Assembly: GCF_006345805.1 (NCBI RefSeq)
Contig: NC_043007.1
Location: forward strand, 75,516,001 to 75,580,000
DNA: 64,000 nucleotides
Direction of reading: 5' to 3'
DNA from: Octopus sinensis
Taxonomy: Eukaryota
Part shown: positions 1 to 12,339 of the stretch, in pieces
Layout: each line of letters opens with the position of its first letter
Position numbering within the stretch: position 1 is the first letter of the stretch
Made by a program: the position numbers and the translations under genes
Notes under the pieces: model-generated
Databases searched by the model: none
What the model saw: the letters and a program-made list of their open reading frames with translations, nothing else
Told to the model about the DNA's origin: nothing

Positions 1-519
1 TGTTAGCAACTTGCCTGAACTCCAATAAAAAGTTGGAGTTCAAGCCAGTTGCTATGTATGTATGAAAGAGAAATGATTACATCATGTGTATATTCAACAG
101 TGAAACTGATATGAAATTAGGTGAAAAATTCCTGAATAGGTACTCTAAGAGTACAGCTGTTCTCTATGAATCTTGGAAGTGAATACTCATTATAGTTGCT
201 TGGGTACATATTCCACTGGCCAGAAAATACCAACAATATTGACAACAATTGTGGCCTTTCAGGGAACTGTGATAGATGCACCACATATTACCACAAAGCT
301 ATGCTTTTGCTCATCAGGGACAAGAGTAGCTACCAAATACCTGTCGAACAGGAGAGCTAAGAATGTACATACATAAGATATACTCTGTTGTGGAAATCTG
401 CTGCCCTCTGAACACTAGTGTGGTAAAATAAATACAGAGGAAAGCAGACATCTACGGACCACTGGTAAGGAGTTTATCATTCTAGTCCCCAAGATACACT
501 TTCAGTTTCATACCTATTA

Positions 520-1794
520 CACTGGTTTACAAAAAGTTTTTTTTACTCTAAGGCAAGGATGTGAATAGGTACTTTTTTTTTACAAATTTTGATGTGATGA
601 GTTCGATCTTCTGAACAGTTTTGCTCTGTCACCACTAGTTTTTTTGGCTTTCACATATCCCATTTGGTGATCCTTACATCTGGCTCGACCAGGTTTCACT
701 GCTTAAGCCGGGATGCCAGGAGCTCTGACTACTGCTTAGATAGATGCAAATCACAGGCAGCGTCATTCAGGTCATCCTGCATGATCCACTGGGGCTCATT
801 GCCACTTGCTCCTGAATAAACAGAGACATTGTCTTTGGAAGAGATCAACTTGGCAGAATCTTTCCCCGAAGGCATTTCTTCATCTGACAAAGGAAGAAGA
901 TCCTTATTTGCTGGGGGTGTAGGGACAGGGAAATCATCTGAGTGGGGAACAGGTCTCATAGCTGAGGGAAGGTTGGGATACTCTCTCTCTCTTTTTTACT
1001 CTTTTACTTGTTTCAGTCATTTGACTGCGACCATGCTGGAGCACCGCCTTTAGTCGAGCAACTCGACCCCAGGACTTATTCTTTGTAAGCCCAGTACTTA
1101 TTCTATCGGTCTCTTTTGCCGAACCGCTAAGTGACGGGGACATAAACAAACCAGCATCGGTTGTCAAGCAATGCTATGGGGACAAACACAGACACACAAA
1201 CATACACGCACACATACATATATATATATACATATATACGACGGGCTTCTTTCAGTTTCCGTCTACCAAATCCATTCACAGGGCTTTGGTCGGCCCGACT
1301 TCATGGCTCTCCACAGACCATCAGGACTGCAAGGTAGAAGGCTGCTTCCTTGCTGTTAAACCACGCAGTTAGTCCATTGTTGCAGGGTTTACAACAGATT
1401 TGTGGGGCCCAGGATTTGTTCTGATCTCCAATTTTACAGTCAAAATAATGAAAGTAAGCAGGAAGGAAGTAATTGTTCGGTGCTGTGCAACTGTTGTGAA
1501 ATCCCCACACCTGTGAAATCCTGACAATTTGCCTTGTTGATGCATCCTTGGTGTTTTGAAGTGCCTGAAGCCATTGTAGAGATATATATCATATATGTAT
1601 CACAAAAATCTGGAAAACAAAATATAAATTGATCATATATATATGGTTACATGAATTGTCACATAAATCACAATATATATTTCAAAAACTAGAGACGATG
1701 AGTGAAAACTGGTTTTTGTATCTGAAATCAGCACCCTAAAATTCGGCTAGAACAACTATTTTTATACTAGCCTCAATTTCTCTGTAAAACTGTG
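520..1794 (-). mobile_element. Internally deleted DNA transposon with Cys-rich transposase remnant (probably ITm/Tc1-mariner 'ISRm11'-type), interrupted by a SINE
   Basis: Ends TA|CACTGGTTTACAAAAA ... TCTGTAAAACTGTG form imperfect TIRs. Minus-strand peptides 'YFDCKIGDQNKSWAPQICCKPC' (1301-1510) and 'DDLNDAACDLHLSKQ*SELLASRLKQ' (about 700-780) resemble a widespread invertebrate transposase N-terminus. The superfamily label is from memory. Confidence 0.6.
997..1298 (-). mobile_element. SINE family A (CORE-type), 5'-truncated
   Basis: Near-identical to 2797-3222 but lacks the tRNA head; (AAGAGTA)n-type tail. Confidence 0.85.
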
Positions 1795-2745
1795 TCATTA
1801 GTGGATATGCACGAACCAGTCTGGAGTAAAATATGGCTGAACTTAGGTTCATGGAGAGAGAATGTAACTCCTTAATTCATACATTACAAATGATCATGAT
1901 ATCTAAGACAATAAAAATCTGCAACACCATCTTAAGATTTAAAGGATAATGAACAAAAACTGATGTTTTCCTTCACAACCTTGCTAACGTTTCTGCCAGC
2001 TCGCCGCCTATATATATATATGTGTGTGTGTGTATGTGTGTGTGCATGTATGCATGCATGTGTACATGCAGGCATGCGTGCATGTGGGTGTGCATGCATG
2101 CTTATCATAATTTTCAAATTTGAAACTGGAATCAATGGGAACAGAAACTGGTTCCAAAAGAGTTGAAATCAGGTTCAATGACAAGAAATGTCTTCTCTTG
2201 TCATTATCTTCAAGTTTTGTCAGCCAAGATCTTTCCATTTCCAGGAAAAAAATTCACCAGGTTTTGTTCTTTTATAAATTTGCAATCAGGTTTGCTATTT
2301 TTAGATGCTTGCTGCTTTGCTATTTCTCTTATCCATGGCCAGACTCAATTTGTTGGAAAAGCAGAGGTATTCAAATATAGACCACAAATATATTTCTTCA
2401 AAATCATTTTTAAAAGTTTCTCTTATAATCTATGGGTCATATTTTTATGAAAAAAAATACAAGATTTCAAGTCAAAAATATGTCAGGAATTCTTTTAATT
2501 ACTGATATCATTTCATGAAAATCTAGTATATATTTATAGCGTTTTGTATTCCATTCTGGCAGAATGACAAGATTCCTTTATCAGTGTTAGGTGAACTGTG
2601 TAAAGGCAAAAATAATTGACATTTTTCAGTATAAGTGCTTCAATGTAAATTGATAATCACCAGCAGATGTTTGGAAACACTTGTGCACAATGTGTATACC
2701 ACAATGATAGATGCCACTGAGGTTCTTTTCGAGTTTGGTTTTTAA

Positions 2746-3388
2746 CCCTTTCATTACCAACCCAGTTGAAACCAGCTCTGGCTCTGAGTACAAATGTTTT
2801 ACTCTTTACTCTTACTCTTTTTACTCTTTTACTTGTTTCAGTCATTTGACTGCGACCATGCTGGAGCACCGCCTTTAATCGAGCAACTCGACCCCGGGAC
2901 TTATTCTTTTGTAAGCCCAGTACTTATTCTATCGGTCTCTTTTGCCAAACCGCTAAGTAACGGGGACATAAACACACCAACATCGGTTGTCAAGCAATGC
3001 TAGGGGGACAAACACAGACGCACAAACACACACATACATATATATATATACATATATACGACGGGCTTCTTTCAGTTTCCGTCTACCAAATCCACTCACA
3101 AGGCTTTGGTTGGCCCAAGGCTATAGTAGAAGACACTTGCCCAAGGTGCCACGCAGTGGGACTGAACCCGGAACCATGTGGCTGGTAAACAAGCTACTTA
3201 CCACACAGCCACTCCTGTGCCTTGCTTTCATAAGTTTTGAATTAAAATCTCCCACCAAACCTTACTCACAATTAATGCTCCTAACACTAGCTGAATGATA
3301 ACTAAGTTATTTTACTAAATTCTTTGTTTTATTTAAAGTAATTGAAAAAAACACAGAGCATCTCAAAATAAATACAGTAATGAAAGGG
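2746..3388. mobile_element. piggyBac-like MITE copy 1, with a SINE inserted
   Basis: TTAA|CCCTTTCATTAC ... GTAATGAAAGGG|TTAA; body matches 3492-3709. Confidence 0.85.
2797..3222 (-). mobile_element. SINE family A (tRNA-derived CORE-SINE), full length
   Basis: Minus strand begins AGGCACAGGAGTGGCTGTGTGG (A box) ... GGTTCAGTCCC (B box), then CORE-like CCTTGGGCAAGT, an internal (TA/TG)n run and an (AAGAGTA)n tail. About 15 copies in the window. Confidence 0.9.
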
Positions 3389-3491
3389 TTAATCAGCTAA
3401 ATATATTTTTTTTGTTTTTTTCAAATTATACCATTAACACAATTTGTGTTACATTTGGCTCAATCAATATCCAGTAACATTACTCTGTTAA

Positions 3492-3709
3492 CCCTTTCAT
3501 TACCAACCCCACTGAAACCGGCTCTGACTGAGTATAAATGTCTTGTTTTCATAAGTTTTGAATTAAAATCTTCCACCAAATCTTAGTCACAATTTATGTT
3601 CCTAACACTAGCTGAATGATAACTAAGTTATTTTACTAACTTCTTCGTTATATTTAAAGTAATTGAAAGAAACTCAGAGCATCTCAAAATAAATACAGTA
3701 ATGAAAGGG
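3492..3709. mobile_element. piggyBac-like MITE copy 2 (218 bp)
   Basis: TTAA on both sides; 12-bp TIR CCCTTTCATTAC. Confidence 0.9.
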
Positions 3710-4638
3710 TTAACCTGTATTTGTCAATAATTTGTAAACAAAGATGTACTTGCTTGGCAATTGATTTGACCTTTGGCCTGAGAATATTACAGCCTAGAAG
3801 ACATATATTAGCTTTTCAAAAACACACAAAGACTCTTAACTTCACCTAAACTTTATTATTTGATGTCAAAATTTAATGGCTAAATGTTTAAGCGAAGTTA
3901 ATAGTTTTTATGCATCTTTGAATTTGTAATAAATGTCGTCCACACTGTAATTGCTCAGGTTCACCAGATATGTAGTGTTGAATAATGTGAGGTATCACTT
4001 TTAACACATTTCCAGTTTAAAGCATTGCTAGTAATTATCATAAAGTTTGCCCCCCCTGTTTAATTTTTTTTTTTTTTAGCAAATTCATATTTAACCATTA
4101 GTGCAGTGACATTCAATATTACAGCTTTACATTTTGTTTGCACCAGACAAAACTTTGGTTCAAAATCTTTTTGAACCAAGTCTGACATACAGTCAGATGT
4201 CTTGATAATCATGTCATGTGAAATTGAATGATAAGCAAAGGCGGTTTCTCTGGCAGTAACAGCTATTTCTGACCTAAGTATGGCAAACTAGCAACAACAT
4301 ACTTCCCTGGATTCTTTGTAAATGGTCTTTCATATCCACAGAAGATTCTATAAAACAGTGATCACACTTTACTTTAACCATAAAAAGGATTTTATTTTTA
4401 TTAAATAAGTTAAACTTAAATTTTTTGTAAATGTGATTGCTCTTTTGAAAAATACAGAGGTTTGAAAAATGAATCACTGTAAAAATAAATCAAACTTTTT
4501 TGAAATTTATCTAAATAAAGTCTGTAGTTTCTGTATGCCAGTGAAAATGCATTCAACTTCCAGGAACCGAGTCCCTGTTCCCAGGCCATATCTAAGTTGA
4601 CTAGTCTGCAGATCATAGATTTATAGTCTAATTGATTA

Positions 4639-5150
4639 CTGTAAATCATCAAGTATAGTCCGCCTTTGAGTATAACACGCAGGGGATTTTTAGGGGGCTA
4701 TACCTCTGAAAAACCTAAACCTTGTGTATAATACGCACCCCTTCTCTAACTTAAATCAAGGAGGTCTATATAACGCCCTTGCTTTGTAAAAATGTATACG
4801 GTAAAGTCCTTTATTATTATTGTATATATAACATAATGCAAACATATAGCTTTTTTGTGCGTGTTGTTTGCAGAAAATAAAGAAATAACAGTAATAACGT
4901 TTAATAAATGTTGCTTACTGAAAGTTATGGATGATTCTTTTAGGACTTCATTGCTTTCAGGCTTAGCTTAAGGTATTTTCGCGCCCGACATCACAGAATG
5001 CATGTGAATAAACATTGCCACACAGCAAATAGAGACTTGGACATTGCTTAGAAAATATTTTTCCTTTTTAACCTTGTATATAGTACACACTAGGGATTTT
5101 GACCTTTAAATTTAGGGAAAAAAATGCGGATTATACTCAAGGATTTACGG
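4639..5150 (-). mobile_element. Non-autonomous pogo/Tigger MITE, deletion derivative of the 8107-9706 family
   Basis: TA|CTGTAAATCATCAAGTATAGTCCGC ... GCGGATTATACTCAAGGATTTACGG|TA; both arms match the ends of 8107-9706 in reverse orientation. Confidence 0.9.
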
Positions 5151-5685
5151 TAGTTTAAATTATGGACACCCTAAACTACATTTAACTGCTGACCTAATGA
5201 AAACTATTTTGATTTATGATCTGGATGACCTGCCGTAGGTGCTCCAAAATAAAATCTGGAAATGAACAAAAGCTGCAAAATTTGGTGAAATGCAAATAGT
5301 ATCCTGTGTGCATGTGCTTTGATCTTACTGTCAGAAAAGGTAGGAAAATCACACTCCAGCCATGACTACAGCCATGACAACAGTATAAGCAACCACACAA
5401 AAAAAAGAAGTAAAGCAAAAACAAATGCAGAAACAAGAAAAGATGTCAATGATAAAATACAAACTCATTCCCACTTCCCTGTTTGCTCAAAAACAACAAG
5501 AGTGATTTAATAGGGGGTAGGTAGTAAATAATAAAGACATCTTTACCAAACGAGTGAAAGTACATGACCTTGTAGTTAGTGTTGCACTTGCAATTTCAAG
5601 ATTGTGGGTTTGATTCCTGGACTGGGCAGTGCATCATGTTCTTGAGCAAAATACTTCATTTCCTATTGTTCTAATTCATTCCTCC

Positions 5686-5978
5686 TTCTCGAGCCATGCC
5701 TGGCTCATAAGGGTTGGTTTCCTGGTTTCCTTGGCATATAGGTTCCCCACCTGGATGGGATGCTGGTCCATTGCAGGTGAGCTGCAAGATGCAGGAGGAA
5801 AGAGTGAGAGAAAGTTGTGGCGAAAGAGTCAGCAAAAGTTCGCCATTACCTTCTGCCGGAGCCACGTGGAGCTTAGGTGTTTCGCTCATAAACACACACA
5901 TCGCCTGGTCTGAGATTCGAACCCACGATCCCTCGACCATGAGTCCGCTGCTCTAACCACTAGGCCATGTGCCTCCAC
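5686..5978 (-). mobile_element. SINE family D (tRNA-Arg-like head, octopus OR-like)
   Basis: Minus strand GGAGGCACATGGCCTAGTGGTTAGAGCAGCGGACTC...GGTTCGAATCTC; near-identical to 63607-63903. Confidence 0.85.
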
Positions 5979-6329
5979 AAAAAATTCAGAAAGTATTGAG
6001 TCCCTCTTAAGAAGTTATTAAACCTCCTAAGAACGATCTTCAATGGATTTCTTTCATTTGTTGAAGGTGGAGTAACGAATGATACAGAAAATCCTGCTTC
6101 ACTTTCAGGACTCAATACGATCTCACATCATCGTGATGTTGTTGATCTGCTCAATAGAATCGGATACCGTTGCGACACATACTTAAGAAATGATCCTTAA
6201 AAGCATGGTCTAATTCATTCAGTTGTAAATGAGTACTCCTTTGATGGACTGGCACCTCGTATGGGGGGGATATTGTGGTATCAGTCCCTCATATACAAAC
6301 CCAGACTGGCTGACCAGTTCTATGCATCC

Positions 6330-6665
6330 TAGGACAGGAGACAGTAATGGTCCAATGTGGTTCTCAGCAGAAGACGAGATGTTGTGAAAAACCAGTAAGA
6401 ACAGCTGAGATACAAGAAGTAATGAACAGTTGCATGTGGGGAAAATCACTCGCTTTAAATGGTTTGTTCTATGAGCTTTACAAATATGTGCTAGATGTGT
6501 TCAGTAATAACCGCCTGGTAAATGTCTACCACAACTGGAAACAGAATGAAAGAATTACCAGTTTTGTGAGCCAAGGATGACAGCATTGCAGAGAAAGAAA
6601 ACTGACAAGATGTAATTGATAACTTTCAGTCAATAACTCTTCTGAATGCAAAGAGTTAAGACAAA
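6330..6665 (+). pseudogene. Tx1/L1-like reverse transcriptase fragment
   Basis: 'GKSLALNGLFYELYK...VYHNWKQNERITSFVSQG' followed by an 'NFQSITLLN'-like motif (KSPGxDG and RPITLLN equivalents). Confidence 0.6.
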
Positions 6666-7213
6666 GTAATTTAGTTCTATAGGAGATTGTGTACACTATA
6701 AGTTGCTATAAATCACTATTTTGCCTGTGGTCATGAAAATGAAAGTTTGGTTAGTAATAAAACAGTAAAAAAACTCAGTGATTCTAATTATATCAAACTC
6801 TACTTTTCTGGCCACTGAGATAAACAAAAAACATGTGGTTTAAACTCAGTATCTATTTTTCACCGCAAGTCTTAAAATATGTGCTTACTGCATAACAAAC
6901 ATAAATTTAACTTACATCTCTCTCTCTCTTTCTCTCTTTTGTTCTTTCATATATGTGTGTTTTTATGTGTGAATGACAGATACAGAAGCAGGGGAGAATG
7001 CTTGTTATCACAACATAATGAAGATCAAGTTACTATTACATTACAATATTTTCCAAACCTTTCTCTCATTCTTTTACATCTGTGTTCCTCCCATCATTCC
7101 CTCATTATATCTGTTTTATTCACCATATTCTAATTCAGTTCCTCACTCTGTCCCCTTATTATCTTTATACAGATGCACTCTCACCCAAAACTCTTTTTTA
7201 CTCTGACCACATA

Positions 7214-10002
7214 TAGGGGTTGGACAAAATTATGGAAACACCTTAAAATTTCAAACAAATTTATTTTAATACGGGGTAGGACTGCCTTTGGCAGTAATTA
7301 CAGTTTGAATTCTATGAGGTATGGACTCATACAAAGTTTGAATTGTTTCCAAATGAATTTTTGTCCATTCTCCAGCTAAAACAGTCTCCAGTTCTTGTAG
7401 TGATGATGGTGGAAGATATTGACTCCTTCAACTTCACTAGAATGTTCCTCGTGCCATTCAGTAACAACTTTAGCCGTGTGAATTGGTGCATTATCATCCT
7501 GAAAGATTGCGTTTTCTTCCAGAAACAGTTCCACAACCATAGGATGAAATGCTTAAATAGTCTTGACTATCAATTCTGCCATTAAAGGAAGCCTTTGGGC
7601 TGGCGGATTTCTAAGATATAGCACTGCAGATCATCACAGATCCTCCTCCATGTTTAACAGTTGGAAGAAGGCAATCTTGGTCAAATGCTTCTTTTGGCTG
7701 TCTCCACACATATACTCAGTCCATGGTTGGAAATAAGGTAAATGATGACTTGTTTGAGAAAATAACATTCTTCTGCTGCTCTGGGGACCAATTCTGTAGG
7801 ATATTACTCCACTCGAAATGCTTTGCAAAGTTTGTTTTTGAAAGTAGTGGTTTTTCTGATTGCAGCCCTCCCATGAAATCCAGCTTTGTGCAGCTCTCGG
7901 CAAACAGTTTTTGTGGAAACTGGATTCTCGAGGTGTTCATTAATCTCTGCAGTAATTTTGGGAGCTGTACTTTTGTGATCCTTTCTAACGATTTGCATAA
8001 GAGTCCAATGGTCCCTATCTGAAAGTTTTGGTTTTCTTCCAGATTTTGTTTTGATGAAGAGGTTTTTCCCCCTTTCTCAAAGGCTGTCATTACTTTCAAG
8101 ACAGTACCGTAAATCCTCGAGTATAATCCACATGTTTTTCCCAAAATTTAAAGGTCAAAACCGCTAGTGTGTACCATATACGAGGCTAAAAATGAAAATT
8201 ATTTTCTAAGTAATGTCCGAGTCTCTATTTGCTGTCTGGCAATGTTTATTCAGATGCATTTTGTGATGTCGTGCACGAAAATGCCTTAAGTTAAACCTGA
8301 AAGCAATGAAGTCATAAAAGAATTATCCATAACTTGCAGTAAGCAACATTTATTAAAATAAAAGCATTCAGAGCACAGAATACCATGTAACAAAAACAAT
8401 TAGTAAACACATTTGTATTCCCATATAACAGTTAAGAACTTCACCATTATTGTATTATGCATGCGTGGAAGGTGCTGCTAGCTTAATTATGCACTAATTG
8501 TGCTTAATAGTCTAATGCTAAATAGTTTATCCTGTTGTTTGTATTGGTAGTTTGCATCATTACTGTGGCAAATAATAGATAATTAAATACCAGTATTAAA
8601 TGTTTGAACTACTGTGGGTCTTTACTAGGGTTTTTTATAAGCAGGACTTAAACCTGCACATTAATCTCCAATAAAACAATTTATACATTACATGCCCATG
8701 AAATGCCTCATAGATCTTATTCAGCTATGATATAATTTGAAGTTATATCATATGCTGAAGAGCATGGTAGTAGGGCCGCCAGAAGAAAATTTGATGTTGA
8801 CGAAAGCAATGTCAGGTTATGGAGAAGAAATAAAGATGAAATTAAACAGATGCCAAAGATAAAGAAGGCAAGAAGGAGGGAAAAAGCCAAACATCCTGAG
8901 CTTGAAAAAGTTTTGCTTGAATGGGTAGCGGAATGAAGACTTGGTGGAATAGCCATTAATACAGTACATTTGAGGCTACAGGCAAAACTCATTGCTAAAA
9001 AGATAAAACTTAATGAGTCTGAATTTAAAGCATCACATGGCTGGGCCAGTAACTTTAGTCATTCACTAAAAGTGGAAAGGTTCGTGCTCCCGACCTGACT
9101 TTGATATGCAAATAGATCGTGTATGCATGGAATGAATTTGATCCCCAGATTATTGTGGAAAGTTTTATCACATGTTTTATATCGTCTGCACTGGATGGTA
9201 TTCAGGATGACGTTGTATGGAAAGATGAAATAAATGAAAGTGAATCTTCTGATGTTGACAATGAATCTGACGATGACAGAGACTTACACTACAATGATGC
9301 TGACATGTTTACAGAGGAACAAATGGAACAGTTATTTGATGCTGAAAGTGATGTTGAATTTGAAGGATTTGAATAAATATTTTTGCTTTTGTAACTGATA
9401 GGGATAAATATGTAAAGGCAATTTACTTAACATTTGTTTCACTGACGTTATTATTGTTATTTCTTTATTTTCTGCAAACAAAATGCACAAAAAAGCTACA
9501 CATTTGCATTATGTTATATATACAATAATAATAAAGGACATTACCGTATACATTTTTACAAACCAAGGACGTTATATAGACCTCCTTGACTCAAGTTAGA
9601 GAAGGGGCGTGTATTATACACAAGGTTTAGGTTTTTCAGAGATACAACTCCCTAAAAATCCCCTGCGTATTATACTCAAGGGCAGACTATACTTGAGGAT
9701 TTACAGTACTTCTTGATACACCAAACATTTCAGCTGTTTTTGTTACTCTAGTGCCTGCCATATGAGCACCAACAATTTGACCTCTTTGAAAGTCCAATAG
9801 ACCTGTCATTTTAATGAATTTTAATTACCTTTTCCTGATGATATCTGTAAAGAAACGGCAAATTTAGCAATTTTAGCACATATTAAGCAACACTAATAAT
9901 AAATCAAAAAACAAAAGTAAACAAGCTTTTGATGGTTTTATAGATATTTCAAAATTATGATGCTATAATGCTAGGTGCTTCCATTATTTTGTTCAACCCC
10001 TG
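7214..10002 (-). mobile_element. Tc1-like transposon (decayed transposase) with a nested pogo element
   Basis: TIRs TAGGGGTTGGACAAAATTATGGAAACACC and GGTGCTTCCATTATTTTGTTCAACCCCTG; peptides 'VRKDHKSTAPKITAEINEHLENPVSTKTVCRELHKAGFHGRAAIRK' and 'FQDDNAPIH'. Confidence 0.9.
8107..9706 (+). mobile_element. pogo/Tigger (POGK-like) transposon with the DDE domain deleted
   Basis: TA at 8105-8106 and 9707-9708; TIR CCGTAAATCCTCGAGTATA. Encodes a Brinker-like HTH ('YAEEHGSRAARRKFDVDESNVRLWR'), a CENP-B HTH ('HPELEKVLLEWV...FKASHGWASNF') and an acidic C-terminus (ORF 9119-9376). Confidence 0.9.
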
Positions 10003-10139
10003 AACATACATAAGGAAATGATATTGGTACCTCTAGCATAGGCATCCCAGTAATAAGAAAACTGAAAGTCAATGAATGTTATTTACCATCTTTGATAGCA
10101 TAAAATATATATGACAATTTAGATGCAATCGAATTTCAG

Positions 10140-10342
10140 CTCTTTTACTCTTTTACTTGTTTCAGTCATTTGACTGCGGCCATGCTGCAGCACCGCCTTT
10201 AGTCGAGCAAATCGACCCCAGGACTTATTCTTTGTAAGCCTAGTACTTATTCTATCGGTCTCTTTTGCTGCACCGCTAAGAAATGGGGACGTAAACAAAC
10301 CAGCATCGGTTGTCAAGCGATGTTGGAGGGGACAGACAGACA

Positions 10343-10380
<38 letters not shown>

Positions 10381-10487
10381 TATATATGATGGGCTTCTTT
10401 CAGTTTCCGTTTACCAGATCCACTCAAGGCTTTGGTCAGCAGGGATGTAAACACAACACCATCGGTTGTCAAGCGATGTTGGGGGGA

Positions 10488-10545
<58 letters not shown>
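10140..10545 (-). mobile_element. SINE family A, rearranged, with an internal duplication
   Basis: The segment 'gtaaac...catcggttgtcaagcgatgttgg...(CA)n' occurs twice (about 10290 and 10447). Confidence 0.8.
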
Positions 10546-11209
10546 CAGGTTAAAGCCTGTATTATAGGTCTAGCTTTGGATATAGGACCTGGGCGATGTT
10601 TTGGAGACATCTCTTTGGCAAAAAGACAGTCTATCAAATACAGTAAATATTGTAGAAATGACTCCGGGAAATCATAAATTGTGTACTGGAAGCAGAAATC
10701 AGAAAATTTGCAGAATAATTGATTATTTTTTTTTTATCTATTTTGACACATGAACTTTACATACCAACTGTCTGAAGTTAAGATAACTATGGCAACGTTC
10801 CTCAAATGGCCAATAATTTTATGAAATCTTGCTAGATTTATGAAATTAGGTCTTGTAACACACTGATGGCAACTCTATAATGCAGGGGGAGTGAAAAAGA
10901 ATTGACCTTTGCTGAGTACACAATGGACTTATAGAAAAAAATTCTTCCTGTAGTGTCATATAAAAAAGTTTATTATTTTTAACAGCTTTGTCCCTTAAAC
11001 AAGGCTTTGGGTTACTGTAACATAAGGGACAACAAAGAAGGTAAAAAAGGGGCCTAGAAATTTAAAAGATATCAATTTACAGAAAACTTATAATACTCAA
11101 TGTCACAGACCAAAGGAAAACAAGGTGATGGTTATGAGTTCCAGAGAGCAGCAATTTGAGGAAAGGAGCTATTAGACTAATATTAGAATAACCATAACTT
11201 ATGATTAAC

Positions 11210-11420
11210 AGAAAGCTCGCCGGGCGAAATGCTTAGTGGTATTTCGTCTGTCGTTACGTTCTGAGTTCAAATTCCGCCGAGGTCGACTTTGCCTTTCATC
11301 CCCTCGGGGTCGATAAATAAAGTACCAGTTTTGCACTGGGTCGATGCAATCGACTTAATCCCTTTGTCTGTCCTTGTTTGTCTCCTCTATGTTTAGCCCC
11401 TTGTGGGTAGTAAAGAAATA
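11210..11420 (+). mobile_element. SINE family B (MetaSINE-type)
   Basis: B box GAGTTCAAATTCC; Meta-like domain GCCTTTCATCCCCTCGGGGTCGATAAATAAAGTACCAG. Confidence 0.85.
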
Positions 11421-11429
11421 TATGTGCCT

Positions 11430-11900
11430 GGGAAGAGAAGAAGATGACACATTTAAAGGTCTTGGCCAAGGGTACCAGACCAGAAAGTTCATCAGAGCAA
11501 TTCTCATGGAAATACTAATAGGAAAGTCACAACAAAGATTCATTTCTACAATAGGCAGAACCTTCCAACCAAGAGAAAAAGAGGTGATCCACCATGTTAA
11601 CAAAATTCTGAATTTTGTCAAGCAAGCTAAGACACTCAGAGAAAGCACTAGCCCAAAGATGACGGCGATATTCAATGCAAGATTGAATGGTAGCTTTAGA
11701 GAAATACAAGATACTCTCAAGAAATACTTACAAGAAATTTGTAAGCACAGAGGTGCTACATTTAACGAAGAATTTCAAAGTTTTAAGATAGCCTCAGGAA
11801 ATGGTATTTTTAGTGTGATTTAATGGTACAGCACATTGTATTAGATCCCATCAATTAACAGTCACAAATTAATGCATCAGCAGCTCTTCAATAGCTTTTG
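11430..11900 (-). pseudogene. CR1/Jockey-like LINE RT C-terminal remnant
   Basis: Minus-strand 'KATIQSCIEYRRHLWASAFSECLSLLDKIQ' resembles the LINE C-terminal 'KAQIRPxMEYCSHIW...LLDRIQ'. Confidence 0.55.
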
Positions 11901-12126
11901 ACATAGGCTGATATGACCAGAGCAAAAGCAAAGGCACACGCATGCACACGCGTGCACACACACACACACCAAACACACACACACACAAACACTCACACAC
12001 ACACACACACAAACACACACACATACACACACACACACAAGCACGCACACAAACACGCAAACACACACACACAAACACACACACAAATACACACACAAAT
12101 ACACACACAAACACACACACAAACAC

Positions 12127-12159
<33 letters not shown>

Positions 12160-12339
12160 AACACACACAACAAGCTTTTTTCAGTTTCCTCACTTACAAG
12201 GCTCTGGCTAGCCTGGGGCTGTAGTAAAAAAAAACACTCTCCGAAGGTGCCACACCGTGAAACTGAATGCAGAACCATGTGATTCAGAAGCAAATTTGTT
12301 ACTGCACAGTCATGTCTGCATCCAATACTGTACAATATT

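Larger units (their letters stand above)
1800..4400 (-). pseudogene. Highly decayed hAT transposase, split by later insertions
   Basis: Minus-strand fragments 'VTARETAFAYHSISHDMIIKTSDCMSDLVQKDFEPKFCLVQTKCKAVILNV', 'ANFMIITSNALNWK' and 'HCGIHIVHKCFQTSAG' (CxxH motif) occur in hAT transposase order, with many stops and frameshifts. Confidence 0.6.

Noticed and set aside
2794-3298. Recurrent 'paralogous' small ORFs ([32 protein letters not shown])
   Set aside because: They are chance reading frames of SINE family A copies.
5905-5978. tRNA-like sequences with A and B boxes
   Set aside because: They are SINE heads continuous with repeat bodies; no complete acceptor stem, so not called tRNA genes.
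11374-11823. 149-aa plus-strand ORF that looks protein-like
   Set aside because: It starts inside a SINE, and the opposite strand carries the recognisable LINE motifs, so it is a shadow ORF.
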